DNA from: Epithemia pelagica
Lineage: Eukaryota > Protista > Bacillariophyta
Direction of reading: 5' to 3'
DNA: 64,000 nucleotides
NCBI GenBank assembly: GCA_946965045.2
Contig: OX337230.1
Location: forward strand, 4,092,001 to 4,156,000
Shown one piece after another: positions 42,812 through 54,503 of the stretch. The notes under the pieces are model-generated. The model was not told the DNA's origin and ran no database searches. It saw only the letters and a program-made list of their open reading frames with translations. Numbering within the stretch: position 1 is the stretch's first letter; the number at the start of each line of letters is the position of its first letter. The position numbers and the translations under genes were made by a program.

Positions 42812-45670
42812 CTATGTCAAGTCCTCGGCGTCGATTGCCACGTCGGTCAGACGGGCGGCTGGACTACTACTACTTCTACTAGTTTCCGTGTGATCGAGTT
42901 GCAACAAGCGACACATGGCGGACACGGCCTTTTTGTCACTTTTCAAGAGTCGGTCCAGGCCCGTATCGCGATGCTCGTCGTCGTGGTCATCCTGGGGAAA
43001 AAAGACGAGTCGCGATGGGGTTTCCAAACTGGCCGAGGCCAGGAATCGACTCGTGTCGGGTTTGACGAGAAAGGATCGTCGTCCCAATGTATCAAAGAAA
43101 ATCACTCGGCGCCATGAGAGGCAATGAAGGATACTGCATTGTCGAACACTACACGAACGATGAGACTCTTGAGTGCTCGTGGAGGCTGTTGCTTGCGAAC
43201 CACCATTGCGACTCGAATGCCACTCTCCTCCGGGACTGGACGAGTGTTGGTTCTTGTGGTGGTGGTTCTTGGTTCGGGGCAAGACGAGGGAGCCCTCGGC
43301 ATTGACGGGAAGTGTCGTGTCATTGGATTTGAGCGCTTCAAAGGTGGTCAACACCACACTATATCTTATCAGTCGTTCCGTGGTGGCCAGCGATTTGCGT
43401 TCCTTGAGGGGCAAGGTGGAATGATCCACCACAGGCAAGGAAGATCCTTCTCGAAAGGCTTGACCAAAGGCCTCGATCCATGGCTTTTCTCGGACCACAA
43501 TCAGGGTTTGACCGCCACAGGGTTTGGCTCCACTGGTGGTTTGTGTGGTGTTGCCTTGTTCCATCTGAAACACGAGTTTCATACACAGTTGAATGGCTTG
43601 GTCGGGAGGGAGTGAAAAGACAATGCTCGATCCTGGTTGTGGTTGTCGTTGTTTCGTATTATTATTGTTGCTGTTGTTGTGGAGGGATTTGATTTGTTTG
43701 TAGATTTGGTACAGGGTTGTCCGTATGGGTTTGGAGTATCGACTCAGGGGATCCGGTTCTGGTGGATGCGATTCCAGTGGCAACGGTTGATAATGCAACG
43801 TTGCTCCTTGTTTGAGTTTGACATTGTGAATCAACCGGCGGCTCCGTGAACCCTCGAACTGAGATGATCCATACGGGACTTTACTGTAGAAGGTTTCCAG
43901 AGACTCTTCATGCATCGATCTGTCCACTCCAACGTTTCTCTGTGATGAGTACAAGGGTTTTGGACTGTTGCTGTTGTTGTCGTTGTCTCCCATGGAGACT
44001 TCTTCCAAGCTAATGGAGGAGTTGTTTCCGTGTCCATGATGCGGCACGGGACTCATGCTGCCACTGGGTGGCAAGATGGGGGATTGAGAGGTTGGAAAAT
44101 AATGGGGACTGAGCGACAAGCGACCCAGGGAGGCTTCCAGGGGGAATTGTTTGGGTGTGGCATGTTCCGACGACCATTTCGCCCGACGATGGTCGGCGCC
44201 TCGTTTGCCACTGGTGGACGATAGTCTCTTATTATGGTTCGTGTTGTTTCCATCAGGACTTGTCGTGTGGTCGGAAGGGAGTGGGAGATCGGGGGATTGA
44301 AAGACACGACAGGAACGAGCCTGTTCAATAGGACTCTCATGGCTGGTGCGACGACGAGGACCATGACTATTGTTTGATGGTGGTGTCAATTTGGGAGAGT
44401 CCAAGGCTCGCGATGTTTCCTTGTCGTCCTGGTCGGAGTTGGGTAGATTGGGACCATTGTCGGGCGAAAAGAGCGCTCCCGACTCTTCCATCCCATTACC
44501 AAACGTCTCATTGATGGGGTGACACGAAGCACTTTGATTCATTGTATTATTTTCCTTGTTGACATGTTCGGGAGAAAAGAGTACCATGGACGTTTGAGGT
44601 AATGATAGATTTGATGAGGAATCCTGATTTCCGTCGTCGTAGCTTGGTGACGGACCGTTGAGGCTTTTCTTGTTGGTTGGGTGGCTCGTTTTCATTGTCA
44701 TGTTGGGTGACGATTCTTCCATCCGGATTTGTGTGGGTGGCTGCTTGATTCCTAGTGGTTGTGGTTGTCGTTGTTGTGGAATGTGGAGTCGTTCCAACAA
44801 TTCACGGACCTGTTGTTGCGCCTGAATCTTTTGGTCGTCCGTCATGTGTCGATAATTGGCCAACGAGGAATCGTGTTGTTGGTGGTGTTGAAGAATGGCT
44901 CGTTGGACCCAAGTCTGGTACTGGGTTTGGTACAAGCGTTCGTAGGGACCGGGGACACGACGACGACGAGGAGGATTGGGTCGTTGTTGCGGTTGGGTTA
45001 CTGACCCTTGTGGTGATGGATGAATCATGTGCCCTTGAGATTTGCCGTTACTAGACGGGGAGGAGGAGGAGGAGGAGGGTTTGGACCGTTGGTGAAGTAC
45101 GTGTCGTTGTTGTTGTAGATCCTCCTCGTCCAATGTTTCGTCCTCGTCCTTTCGCTCATCGGGGAGCGAGTGTCGTTGGTCCATGATTGCAGCTCTTGTT
45201 GTTGCTTGGATAGCACTGAACGGACGGCCAGTCCTGCTTATCTGGTGGTGGTGCACTGTTGGTTCATTATTTTCACATTCCTCCTTCTTCTTCTTGTTCT
45301 TCCATAATGATGGTGGAGACGGAACGGAGGACACCACTTTGGCAAAACCTGCTGCTGTTGCTGCTGCTACGTTGGTACTGGAAGGACGAGGAGGACAATG
45401 GCCGAGTTCGTGCAAGGCCGATTCCAAAAAGGATTCCGAATAGGTCGAATCATTATTCCGGTTGCGGTGCAGGGTATCATCATTTTCGTCCGCTGCAGCA
45501 GCAGCGGGCACAAACTCGTTGGCAATCCAATCCATTTCCAACGTTTGGGCCGTGTCTCCCTTGTGGTTGTTGTTGCTGCGGCTTGTTGTTGTCGTAGTAG
45601 GTACTACGACCACCGCATCCTCCTTCTCTTCCTCATATGCGTCGTATTCCTCATAGTGCAGAGTCGGCAT
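42812..45670 (-). CDS. Large mostly disordered protein with C-terminal degenerate SNF2-N-like segment
   Basis: 952-aa ORF; TLIVV, YSVVLTTFEAL and SILHCLSWRRVIFFD resemble SNF2 motifs Ia, TY and Walker-B, with no Walker A. Confidence 0.55.
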   Translation of the reverse strand: MPTLHYEEYDAYEEEKEDAVVVVPTTTTTSRSNNNHKGDTAQTLEMDWIANEFVPAAAAADENDDTLHRNRNNDSTYSESFLESALHELGHCPPRPSSTNVAAATAAGFAKVVSSVPSPPSLWKNKKKKEECENNEPTVHHHQISRTGRPFSAIQATTRAAIMDQRHSLPDERKDEDETLDEEDLQQQRHVLHQRSKPSSSSSSPSSNGKSQGHMIHPSPQGSVTQPQQRPNPPRRRRVPGPYERLYQTQYQTWVQRAILQHHQQHDSSLANYRHMTDDQKIQAQQQVRELLERLHIPQQRQPQPLGIKQPPTQIRMEESSPNMTMKTSHPTNKKSLNGPSPSYDDGNQDSSSNLSLPQTSMVLFSPEHVNKENNTMNQSASCHPINETFGNGMEESGALFSPDNGPNLPNSDQDDKETSRALDSPKLTPPSNNSHGPRRRTSHESPIEQARSCRVFQSPDLPLPSDHTTSPDGNNTNHNKRLSSTSGKRGADHRRAKWSSEHATPKQFPLEASLGRLSLSPHYFPTSQSPILPPSGSMSPVPHHGHGNNSSISLEEVSMGDNDNNSNSPKPLYSSQRNVGVDRSMHEESLETFYSKVPYGSSQFEGSRSRRLIHNVKLKQGATLHYQPLPLESHPPEPDPLSRYSKPIRTTLYQIYKQIKSLHNNSNNNNTKQRQPQPGSSIVFSLPPDQAIQLCMKLVFQMEQGNTTQTTSGAKPCGGQTLIVVREKPWIEAFGQAFREGSSLPVVDHSTLPLKERKSLATTERLIRYSVVLTTFEALKSNDTTLPVNAEGSLVLPRTKNHHHKNQHSSSPGGEWHSSRNGGSQATASTSTQESHRSCSVRQCSILHCLSWRRVIFFDTLGRRSFLVKPDTSRFLASASLETPSRLVFFPQDDHDDEHRDTGLDRLLKSDKKAVSAMCRLLQLDHTETSRSSSSPAARLTDVAIDAEDLT

Positions 45671-46130
45671 GGTTCTGTGGGTGGCTATGTAGCGAACGAA
45701 TTGTCAGTGTGACCACAACCACACACACCATCAAAGCAAACACAAACCACCAAAACTCGAAAGGAAGGAGAAATGTGGGACGACGAAAGCCACCGGGCGC
45801 GCACGCCGTCTCAGTCTCGCTGACTGCGACTGATTGTGCCTGCGTGCACCTCATCTAGGGTGTAGTATATAGCTGTACAATAGGTAGCAGATCCAGAAAG
45901 CTACATTCGATCATCGATCCAAACAACGCCACAATCATGGGAAATTGGAGCAAGTAGAGTGGTAAGTAGTATACAGAGGTGGGGTGCACTTTGACTAGCA
46001 GACTATTACAAAAAGTACTTCTCTTCTAATGGAGAAACCGAAACCATGAATCGTCCACTCCCTGGACCGACGCCACACACAAGAGGGAGTGAGGTATGTT
46101 GTGTAGTACCGTGTATATGATAGGAGATGG

Positions 46131-47156
46131 TTAGGGTTCGGGCCAGACGGCATTGAGAATGGTCAAGAGCAAGTTTTTGTATCTGCCCATCACTTCGGCT
46201 CGGATAAAATCATCAATGCCCTTGCCATATTCTTCCAAAAAGGCCGTATAGACATTGCCCATGTGCGGTTGGAAGCGAATCAAGCTACACGTCAAGAGCA
46301 AAAAGTCCGTTCCAAAGCCTCGACAGGCTTGATCGAGCAATTTGGCCATGGTTTCGTGCGGCTTTTCCTTCATGCCAATCAGATACAAGGTCGCTTGTCG
46401 CAAATTCTTTTCTCCCATGCCACCCAATTCCTTTTCCATGGCTTTCCAAAGCGTATAGCCATATTTTTCCGCATAAACCGAATTGATGTTTTGCAAATGT
46501 TCGGGCGGTGCCGCACACAAGACTTTGAAAATACCCTTTTCGTCCGTGCCCATGCGTCCTTGTCCCTTGGCATGAATGGTTTCGGCATCTTCTCGAGCCT
46601 TGTCCATGGTATGAAATTCGGGATCGTAGGCTTGTTCGGCGGCTTGCAAACAATTGAAGCACAATCGTTCCATATTGCCATGCAATTCGCTGGCCAGCAC
46701 TTTGCCCAAATCCTTGTCAAACATGCGAAAATACGTCTTTTTGAGCAATTCCATTTCGTCATTGGTCCGTCCCGCCACAATGGACCACACGACATTGACA
46801 TTGGCGCCCACTCCTTTGGTCGCCTTGCGAATCATGAGACATTCCGCTTCGTGCGCGGGCAAGGCGAGAAATTCCAGGGCATCGCGGAGATCGCCCGAAA
46901 ATTCCTTGGCCATGAGATCGGCCAGGGTTTTGAATCGTTTGTGATCACATCCATACAATTCCATGTAGCGCATACTAATTTTGGCACGTTCCGTCGGATC
47001 TTTCGTCGCCAAGGCGTTAATCACTCGTTGCCGATCAGCGCCCAATCCCTTGGTGGCCGACTCAATTTCCTCACAGGCGTGATCGACGGCCGATCCAAAG
47101 GCGTCTGGAGACAAGTCTTGAGCCATGACATAATCGGGATACAACGGAATCGTCAT
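46131..47156 (-). CDS. Annexin (341 aa)
   Basis: Four annexin repeats: ATKGLGAD, ATKGVGAN, GQGRMGTDE, ACRGFGTD. Confidence 0.92.
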   Translation of the reverse strand: MTIPLYPDYVMAQDLSPDAFGSAVDHACEEIESATKGLGADRQRVINALATKDPTERAKISMRYMELYGCDHKRFKTLADLMAKEFSGDLRDALEFLALPAHEAECLMIRKATKGVGANVNVVWSIVAGRTNDEMELLKKTYFRMFDKDLGKVLASELHGNMERLCFNCLQAAEQAYDPEFHTMDKAREDAETIHAKGQGRMGTDEKGIFKVLCAAPPEHLQNINSVYAEKYGYTLWKAMEKELGGMGEKNLRQATLYLIGMKEKPHETMAKLLDQACRGFGTDFLLLTCSLIRFQPHMGNVYTAFLEEYGKGIDDFIRAEVMGRYKNLLLTILNAVWPEP

Positions 47157-47376
47157 GATGACGGGGGATTCTGATTTGTTGGGTTTGTAAGAAGTGGTTG
47201 GTGAGCTTTGGTTCGGGGCTGCGGCGTCCGTTGCGGATCGTCGTCTTTAGGCCATTCCTTTGGCTCAACAAAACCAATCCGTGCGGGCCGGCCGGATTTG
47301 GTTTTGGAAAATGTGCCTAAACGCCATCCTTACGCATTCGCAAAACAAATCCAAAAGACCGCACCTGTCCCCCCAC

Positions 47377-47810
47377 TTTTAGACCCGGTCTAAAAGGGTA
47401 TAATTATTTTAGACAGAGGTCGAGTCTAAAATAAAATTCTTAGACTCTTAACCTTAACCCTTCAGTAGCGCCGCCACCACTGCGTGAGTAGGAGACCGTT
47501 CTGCCTCATTCATCTCAATGCCATCGCAATGAACAAAGTAAGGTCTCAGTTATCCTCTCTCATGCTTAGAGAGTGCAAGAACAATGTTATCCATACCATC
47601 CAATAGCTTAGATGATGAAGCTATGAGGTCCTCTGGATGTGTTGTCATAGACAATGCTCGCTCCTAGTAGCTGGCTGTCTAGGGTTAGGGTTATTGCTTC
47701 GCCGTACAAAACCACGGAGAGATTTTAGACGCTGTTTTAGACAATTTATACAGTCTAAAAGTACTTTTAGATTTATTTTAGACCCGAAATATTTTAGACT
47801 GTCTAAACGG
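47377..47810. repeat. Two clusters of TTTTAGAC/GTCTAAAA motifs flanking a ~230-bp core bounded by AACCCT/AGGGTT repeats; possible MITE-like element
   Basis: About 11 motif copies in both orientations at 47377-47445 and 47723-47808. TTAACCTTAACCC at 47448 and CTAGGGTTAGGGTT at 47679. Confidence 0.55.
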
Positions 47811-48149
47811 TCACCCTGATCCTGACCCTCATCCCCCCCCCCCACTCTTCACTTAGAAAAATTGTATACTAAAACTATTGGGTACCAAGGAAGCGACCTT
47901 TTATGCAAGAATACCGTTAGAGTCGAACGCCCGCCCATCATGTCGAACGCCCGCCCAACATATTCGAAACTGTAGGCTGGCCTCTACACTAGCATAAGTA
48001 AAACACTATCCCTAATGAATTTCCCGGACTTGTTCGAACCAATCCGGGGTCCTGGATTGGTTCGAACAAATCCAGAAATGCTGTTTTACCCGGATATATG
48101 ACGTACACGTGACGCAAAATGCTGACGTGCACGCAATCTCGATTTGGTT

Positions 48150-48715
48150 TTGCGAGCTAAAGGATTGGCCTTAGTTTCTTTTTGAAGCGAGAGAGAGCAA
48201 AAGAAGTCGCGCCTTTCTTCCGAACGGCAGATCCGGGACTGATCCAGCGAGTCACCCACGACTCAAGCCCCCCAGGTAGCAACTCGGAAGAAGCTCACAA
48301 TTTGCAAAGAATCCAAACGACCATGAGAGTGAGAAAGGGCTTCCCGCATCACCCCAGAACCGATGTAGCAATGGGGTCAGTTTCCTAACAGCTAGTGGGC
48401 TCCGCCACTCTACTAATAAGACCACCTTGGCTGTCCTTTTCCTGAAAGTACAAACAAGACAGTGGACGAATCTTACAAAATGATGATTAGGAATGGGTCT
48501 ACATCGTTCGATCCAATAGTACACACACAAAATGATTTTACCCAAGAGATTTTATCACCCAAAGTGCCCTTCTTCATTTGCCCGTCTCGGGCTATAGACG
48601 GTATTTACTACATGAAGCAACACGATACGGTATAGTGTCCACCCACTTCTTGTCGAACACGATCGTGGAGACTCTTTGCCAAAGTCTTTCATGTGACGGG
48701 TCCTGACGTTGAAAG
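48150..48715. repeat. Diverged direct repeat of ~50850-51340, including the 3' end of the second annexin
   Basis: Shared blocks AAGTCGCGCCTTTC, CACCCACGACTCAAGCCCCCC, CCTGAAAGTA..AACAAGACAGTGGACGAA and CCCGTCTCGGGC..GACGGTATTTA. Confidence 0.8.
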
Positions 48716-48717
48716 CA

Positions 48718-50697
48718 TTAGAATATCTCGGTGGCATCCAGAGTCGCTCTCTCTCTAAGAATGTTCTGCAGCTCATTCTGTTCTACTCCATCAGTACTCG
48801 TTTCCACGCTGCCCAGACTATACAGGTAGAGTTTCTTGGAGAACATGCCAATGTGTCCCCAACCTACATGCTCCTTTTGGATACGATATCCTCGACTCAC
48901 AAAGTTTTGTTGGTAGAGTGCGCCAACATTGGCTACGTTCGATTCTCGATCAGCCTTGGGCACAGGTTCCAAAAACGGAAGAATCAAGCAGTGCCGCCCG
49001 CAAAGTTTTTCGACCCATACATGTTCCGCAGCAAGCTCTGGATATACGTTGTGGTACATCCATTCTTCGCGTGACACAGTCCGCAGCAAGCTCTGGATAT
49101 ACGTTGTGGTACATCCATTCTTCGCGTGACACGGCCTCCCAGCCTTTGGAATCAAAATCGGTACTCTTTTGCCCATGACAGTACTCGCGAATGTACATTT
49201 TCACCACACAATCATGCCCGGTATCCGTCACGGCTCGAAACACGTTCCACGTCGAACCCGAGCCAAGCCGTTCCACCAGAAAATAGTTGGGCGACGGAAC
49301 CATACCCACAAAGCGGGCGGCCTTTCTCGCAAGTCCCGAAAACCAAGGTTTCGTTGCCGGTCCGCGAACGATTGTCGCAAGGCGTTCCAGCATGGGCGCC
49401 TTTCGGCCTGGATAAAGTACCACGCATGCCGGAATGTCCACTACCGTGTTGGTGTTCGGAAAAGTGAATGGCACGGTATCGGGATCATGAACAAGGATAC
49501 CAGCAATGATGAGATTGCAGAACACATGGAGGAGATCTTCCGCGTGGAAAGAACGCGACAAAACCAATTCTCGCTTGGCCTCCTCGATTCGGGGCTTTTT
49601 CGCGGCACGATGAGGTGTTGCGGGAAGAACTTGCATCTGGATACTGCTGTCTTCCTTTTTCCTTGGCGATGGAGACTTCTCTTCTGGCACCCCGTCGTCC
49701 CTTGGTAGCAATCGGTTCCTGCATTCGCGCAACTTATCAATGGAGAGAAAGGAACCCTCCTCCACAATGCGGTTCGCCTCATCCCCAATCCAAGCAACGC
49801 GGGTTTTCTTGATAGACGTAATGGCGCCAATGGCGTTCCCATTGTGCTTCCAAAGTACAGTCTTGAGCAGCTGGTCGAATTTCTGACCGTGAACTCGATT
49901 GTCGTCGACCGCTGTGTCTCCCGGTTGATCTTGGACCGTCACCATAGGCACTCGGCGTCTGCGGCTACTCAAGAAGAAGTACACCGTACAATGATCCGGT
50001 CGATTGGTAAACAAATTTGCTTCTGTGGACACAACCAACATGTTACTGTCGTCGTTGTCGTCAAGTCCAAGCATGATGTTGCACATGTGGACGGCATCTT
50101 CAAGAATCTTGCGTACAACCGTCTGAACGTCCGCTCCGTTGAAACCGATACGAGAAGTGCAACCGATACGAAAAGTCTTGCTGAAAGATCCCTTCACCGG
50201 GGCCTTGCGTAGCTGCTTGCCAAAGGAAAGCCCATTCTTACCCGAAATAATCTCAAGGGTTTCCACAACTCGGGTGAATCGAAAGTCGGACTCTGTGCTG
50301 TCGGCGTGTGGATGGTCGGAACTACCAGATGCACCGTGATATTCAAGGGTTGCCAACGCCTCTCCGTATCGCAGCGCGGAAAAAAGAGACAGACTCTCAA
50401 TGAGGGATTTCTGCTCTAAGTTACGGCGTTTCAATTCAATCAAGTCGACAAGCCCTGCGTGGCGATCCGGCGATAACGCATTTTCAATTCCTGCAAGTTC
50501 TTCAACTGTCGAAGCAGCCTTAATTGCCGTTAGCAACTCAATGAGGGAGTCTTCTGTAAGCTACCACGTTTCAATTCAATCAAGTAGACAAGCCCTGCGT
50601 TGCAATCCACCGGTAACGCATTTTCAATTCTCGCAAGTTCTTCAAGTGTCAAAGCAGCCTTAATTGCCGTTCGCAGCTCTTCCGACGAGGTAGACAT
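48718..50697 (-). pseudogene. Degenerate PD-(D/E)xK-like nuclease + protein-kinase-like (Crinkler/CR-type architecture) gene, copy 1
   Basis: NRPDH...VTVQDQPG...VHGQKFDQL...GAITSIKKTRVAW, then ERLGSGSTWNVF..VVKMY and YRIQKEHVGWGHIG..YLYSLG. The frame is broken by a 55-bp tandem duplication (49026-49132) and a ~140-bp duplication (50399-50673). Confidence 0.55.
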
Positions 50698-51211
50698 TGT
50701 CGACAAAGACTGATTATGATTCCGTTGTACATGTACAACGGTCTCGCTCCAACGAAACGACAACGGGTGCAGTAGTCGATGGCGGCGTCGTTTGTTGCGT
50801 GTGTCATTTCGCATCAAAACTTCTGTCACCATAGAATTATTAGATGGGACTGATTTGGTTCACGAGTTTCGGTCATTCCCGCCCAAACGAAGTCGCGCCT
50901 TTCGCTCACCCACGACTCAAGCCCCCCCCCAGCAGGCAACAACTCGGAAGCAGCTCACACAGAAAATGCAAAATCCCAAACGACCATGAGAGTGAGAGAG
51001 AAGGCAAATCAACCCGACACCCGACCGAACGCAATGGGGTCGGTTTCCTAATACCAAGGGGGCTCCACCACTATAGAAATAAGACCACATTGGCTGTCTT
51101 TTCCTGAAAGTAGGAACAAGACAGTGGACGAAACTTGTACAAATGATTAGGAATAGGTCTACATCTTTCTATCAAATATTACGCACACAATACACAATGA
51201 ACCCTTTTTCA

Positions 51212-52240
51212 TTAGCCCGTCTCGGGCCAGACGGTATTTAGCACATGAAGCAACACGGCCCGGTAGTGTCCACCCGCTTCTTCTCGAACACGCTCGTGGA
51301 GACTCCTACCATGGTCTTCAATGTGACGGGTCATGACTGGGACCAAATGGGGTTGGAAGCGAATCAAACAACACGTCAAGAGCAATTCATCTGTGCCAAA
51401 GCCTCGACAGGCTTGATCAATCAAATCACTCATGGTTTGGTAGGGTCGCAACTTCATGCCGAGTTCGTACAGCGTCGCTTGTCGCAATTGTCGTTCTCCC
51501 AGGCCCCCCAATTCCTTTTCCAGGGCCTTGAAGAGCGTGTATCCATATTTTTCGGCATAGAATTGATTGATATTCTGTAAATGTTCCGGTGGAGCGGCGA
51601 CCAAAATTTTGAAAATACCCCGTTCGTCCGTCCCCATGCGGCCCTGTCCCTTGGCATGAATTGCATCGGCATCGTCTCGAGCCTTGTCGAGCGTATGGTA
51701 TTGTGGATCATACGTTTCTTCGGCTGCTTGCAAACAAGTGAAGCAGAGTCGTTCCATGTTGCCATGCAATTCACTGGCGAGCAATTTGCCCAAATCCTTG
51801 TGATAGAGTCGAAAATATGTCTTTTTCAACAATTCCATTTCGGCATTGGTTCGTCCACACACAATGGACCAGACAATATTGACATTGGCCCCAATTCCCT
51901 TGGTGGCCTTGCGAATCATGGCACATTCCGCCTCATGCGGCGGCAAGGCCAAGAATTCCAGGGCCGCTCCCAGGTCACCCGAAAATTCCTTGCGCATCAA
52001 ATCGCCCATGGATTGAAATCGTTTGTGATCGGCGCCATACAATTCCATGTATCGCCGACTAATCTTGGCGCGTTGGGTGGCATCCTGCGTCGCCAAGGCT
52101 TGAATGACTCGTTGCTTGTTGGCACCCAGACCCTTGGTCGCGCTTTCCAGTTCCTCACACACCTCGTCGACGTCCGCACCAAAGGCGTCGGGAGACAAGT
52201 CGTTGGCCGTGACAAATTCCGGATACAAGTCAATCGTCAT
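51212..52240 (-). CDS. Annexin paralog (342 aa)
   Basis: ATKGLGAN, ATKGIGAN, GQGRMGTDE, ACRGFGTDE; colinear with 46131..47156. Confidence 0.92.
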   Translation of the reverse strand: MTIDLYPEFVTANDLSPDAFGADVDEVCEELESATKGLGANKQRVIQALATQDATQRAKISRRYMELYGADHKRFQSMGDLMRKEFSGDLGAALEFLALPPHEAECAMIRKATKGIGANVNIVWSIVCGRTNAEMELLKKTYFRLYHKDLGKLLASELHGNMERLCFTCLQAAEETYDPQYHTLDKARDDADAIHAKGQGRMGTDERGIFKILVAAPPEHLQNINQFYAEKYGYTLFKALEKELGGLGERQLRQATLYELGMKLRPYQTMSDLIDQACRGFGTDELLLTCCLIRFQPHLVPVMTRHIEDHGRSLHERVREEAGGHYRAVLLHVLNTVWPETG

Positions 52241-53059
52241 TTGGAGATAGAAACGGTTGTGTGTGTTATAAGTGTAGTTGTTGTAATTGTTGGTGTTGTT
52301 GTATTAGTTGTCGTTTTTTATGTGAGAGATTGTCGAACTACATCATAGTAATAGGTCTTCCATCAATGCCGTCTTGGAGCGCGAATGAGAGAAATCTTTT
52401 TCGGAAAGAGGGATGCGAACTCGCGCATCAATGGGGCCATGCCTGATGCCTGCCGGCGCACGCGTTGGGGGGTATTCCTTCTTCAATTCCCGAGGACTTT
52501 GATGTGACAGAAAGATGACAATTCTCCATTTAATAAAACCTCGTAACCGCAGCGCTCCACTACTCGTACGAGTACACTGAAAACTGAAACCCTGTCGGAC
52601 GTGTCACACTCGCAGCTCGCAACTCACCCCATTAATACCCCATTACAATAAGAACCAAGGAAGAACCACAGCGACAAAAGTGCAACTATTACAACAAAAC
52701 AACTTCCGGAAGCAATCGATCATTTTGCGAGAAAAACAGGGAGCGATGCTCACCACTCTCTCCTTCTAATCAACTACCTAGAGAGGGACGACGACGAAAA
52801 CACGTGAATGAACGTTGCGCTTTAACACTATAGACTGTCGTTCTCCATTGTTATTCTTTGAATTGCGAGAAAAAAGGGCGAGCTAGAAGAAGAAGGAGAT
52901 TGGCGGCTGGCGGTTCACCATTGATCTAAAACATCCAGAAATCAACAAGCACACAAAAAACCAACAAGGACGAAATTCTGGTCGTTGCGAACCAAAAGAA
53001 GAAGTTCCTCGTCCATTTTGATCCTCCATATACACGACAGTTTCACAGTCTGCGCCATT

Positions 53060-54503
53060 ATGGAACTCAAGATTGGCAAATTCACGGAATCGCACTTGCT
53101 CGAGACGGCCAAGAACGAGGTGATCAAGAAAACCAAGTCGTCCGTCATTCTGAGTCAAGACGCCGAAGACAAGATTCCTCAATTTGCTTTGTCCGGTACG
53201 TGTTGTTGTTGTTGTTGTTGTTTGAAAGATGTTGAGTATTGCAGCATGCCATGATATGGTCCGGTTGGATCCAGAGACAATCTCTCTCATGATTTCTTTC
53301 GTGACTCTTGTTTGTATGTGTCTTCCTTCGTTGCTGATTTGCTTGTCCTTCTTTTGATTTTGCTGGTTAGAATTGACCGTAGGCAAAGTGCTGGGACGGG
53401 GCGGATTTTGTGTCGTGAACGAAATCTCCAAAATCTCCCTCCAAGACGGCAGCAGCAACGCGACTGGCAGCAGTCAGGTATTAAAGAATCGTGATCCATT
53501 CACTCTCAGCGCCGAAGATATTGTCCAAGATCGTGACTTTATTGCCTCTCATTATATTCGGAATGGCAAGAATTACCGCTACGCTCTCAAGCAATTACAG
53601 TCGTCAGTCCGGAAGGATCCCCAACTCTATGTCCAGAGTGTCATGGATTTGGTGATTGAGACACGCTATTTGGCCGTCTTACGGCACCCGCACATTATCA
53701 AAATGCGCGCCATGTCGACTGGATCGCCCTTTGAGACGGGCAATCCCCAATTTGTCGTCTTGGACAAGCTCTACGATATTTTATCGACTCGGTTGAAAAC
53801 AACGTGGAAACAACGCTTGCCCGGTCCCATGGCCCGAGTGACGGATTTGCGAGGCAAACGGGCCCACAAATTCTGGATTGAACGCTTAATGGTGGCTTAC
53901 GATTTGACCACGGCTCTCAAGTATATGCATGAGGAACGGGTCATGTATCGTGATTTGAAACCGGAAAATATTGGCTTTGATGTCCGAGGAGATGTCAAAA
54001 TTTTTGATTTTGGATTGGCCCGCGAATTTGAACCCAGTGGTGAGACTCTGAATCCACTCTTGACGGGCGATACTGGATCGCCCCGGTACATGGCACCCGA
54101 AGTGGCCTTGAATCAACCCTACAATGAGAAATGCGACGTATATTCGTTTTCCATTCTACTTTGGGAAATTCTCATGGTGGAACCTCCCTTTGCCCATTAC
54201 ACGTCGTGGAAACAATTGGTCCAAAAAGTGGCGCAACTGGGCGCTCGGCCCAAGGTGGATGACTCGTGGCCGAGCAAATTGATTGACCTATTGAGAGAGG
54301 GATGGCATGCCGATATTGGGAAACGGCCAAGCTTTTTGAAATTGGGCAATGTGTTGCGAACCATCTTGCATACGGAAAGTGGCGAACATCGAGAGACCGT
54401 GTCGGACATTTCGGGACGGAGTGAAATTTTTCGACTGACCGCAACCAACAACAAGCAATCCTGGCCGATTAATAAGAAGGATTGTGGCAAGCCGTGTCCG
54501 TAG
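53060..54503 (+). CDS. TKL-type Ser/Thr protein kinase (exons 53060-53195 and 53371-54503)
   Basis: LGRGGFC, YALK, YRDLKPENIGFD, KIFDFGLA, GSPRYMAPE, CDVYSF. A phase-1 GTACGT...TTAG intron joins LS-ELTVGK. Confidence 0.92.
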
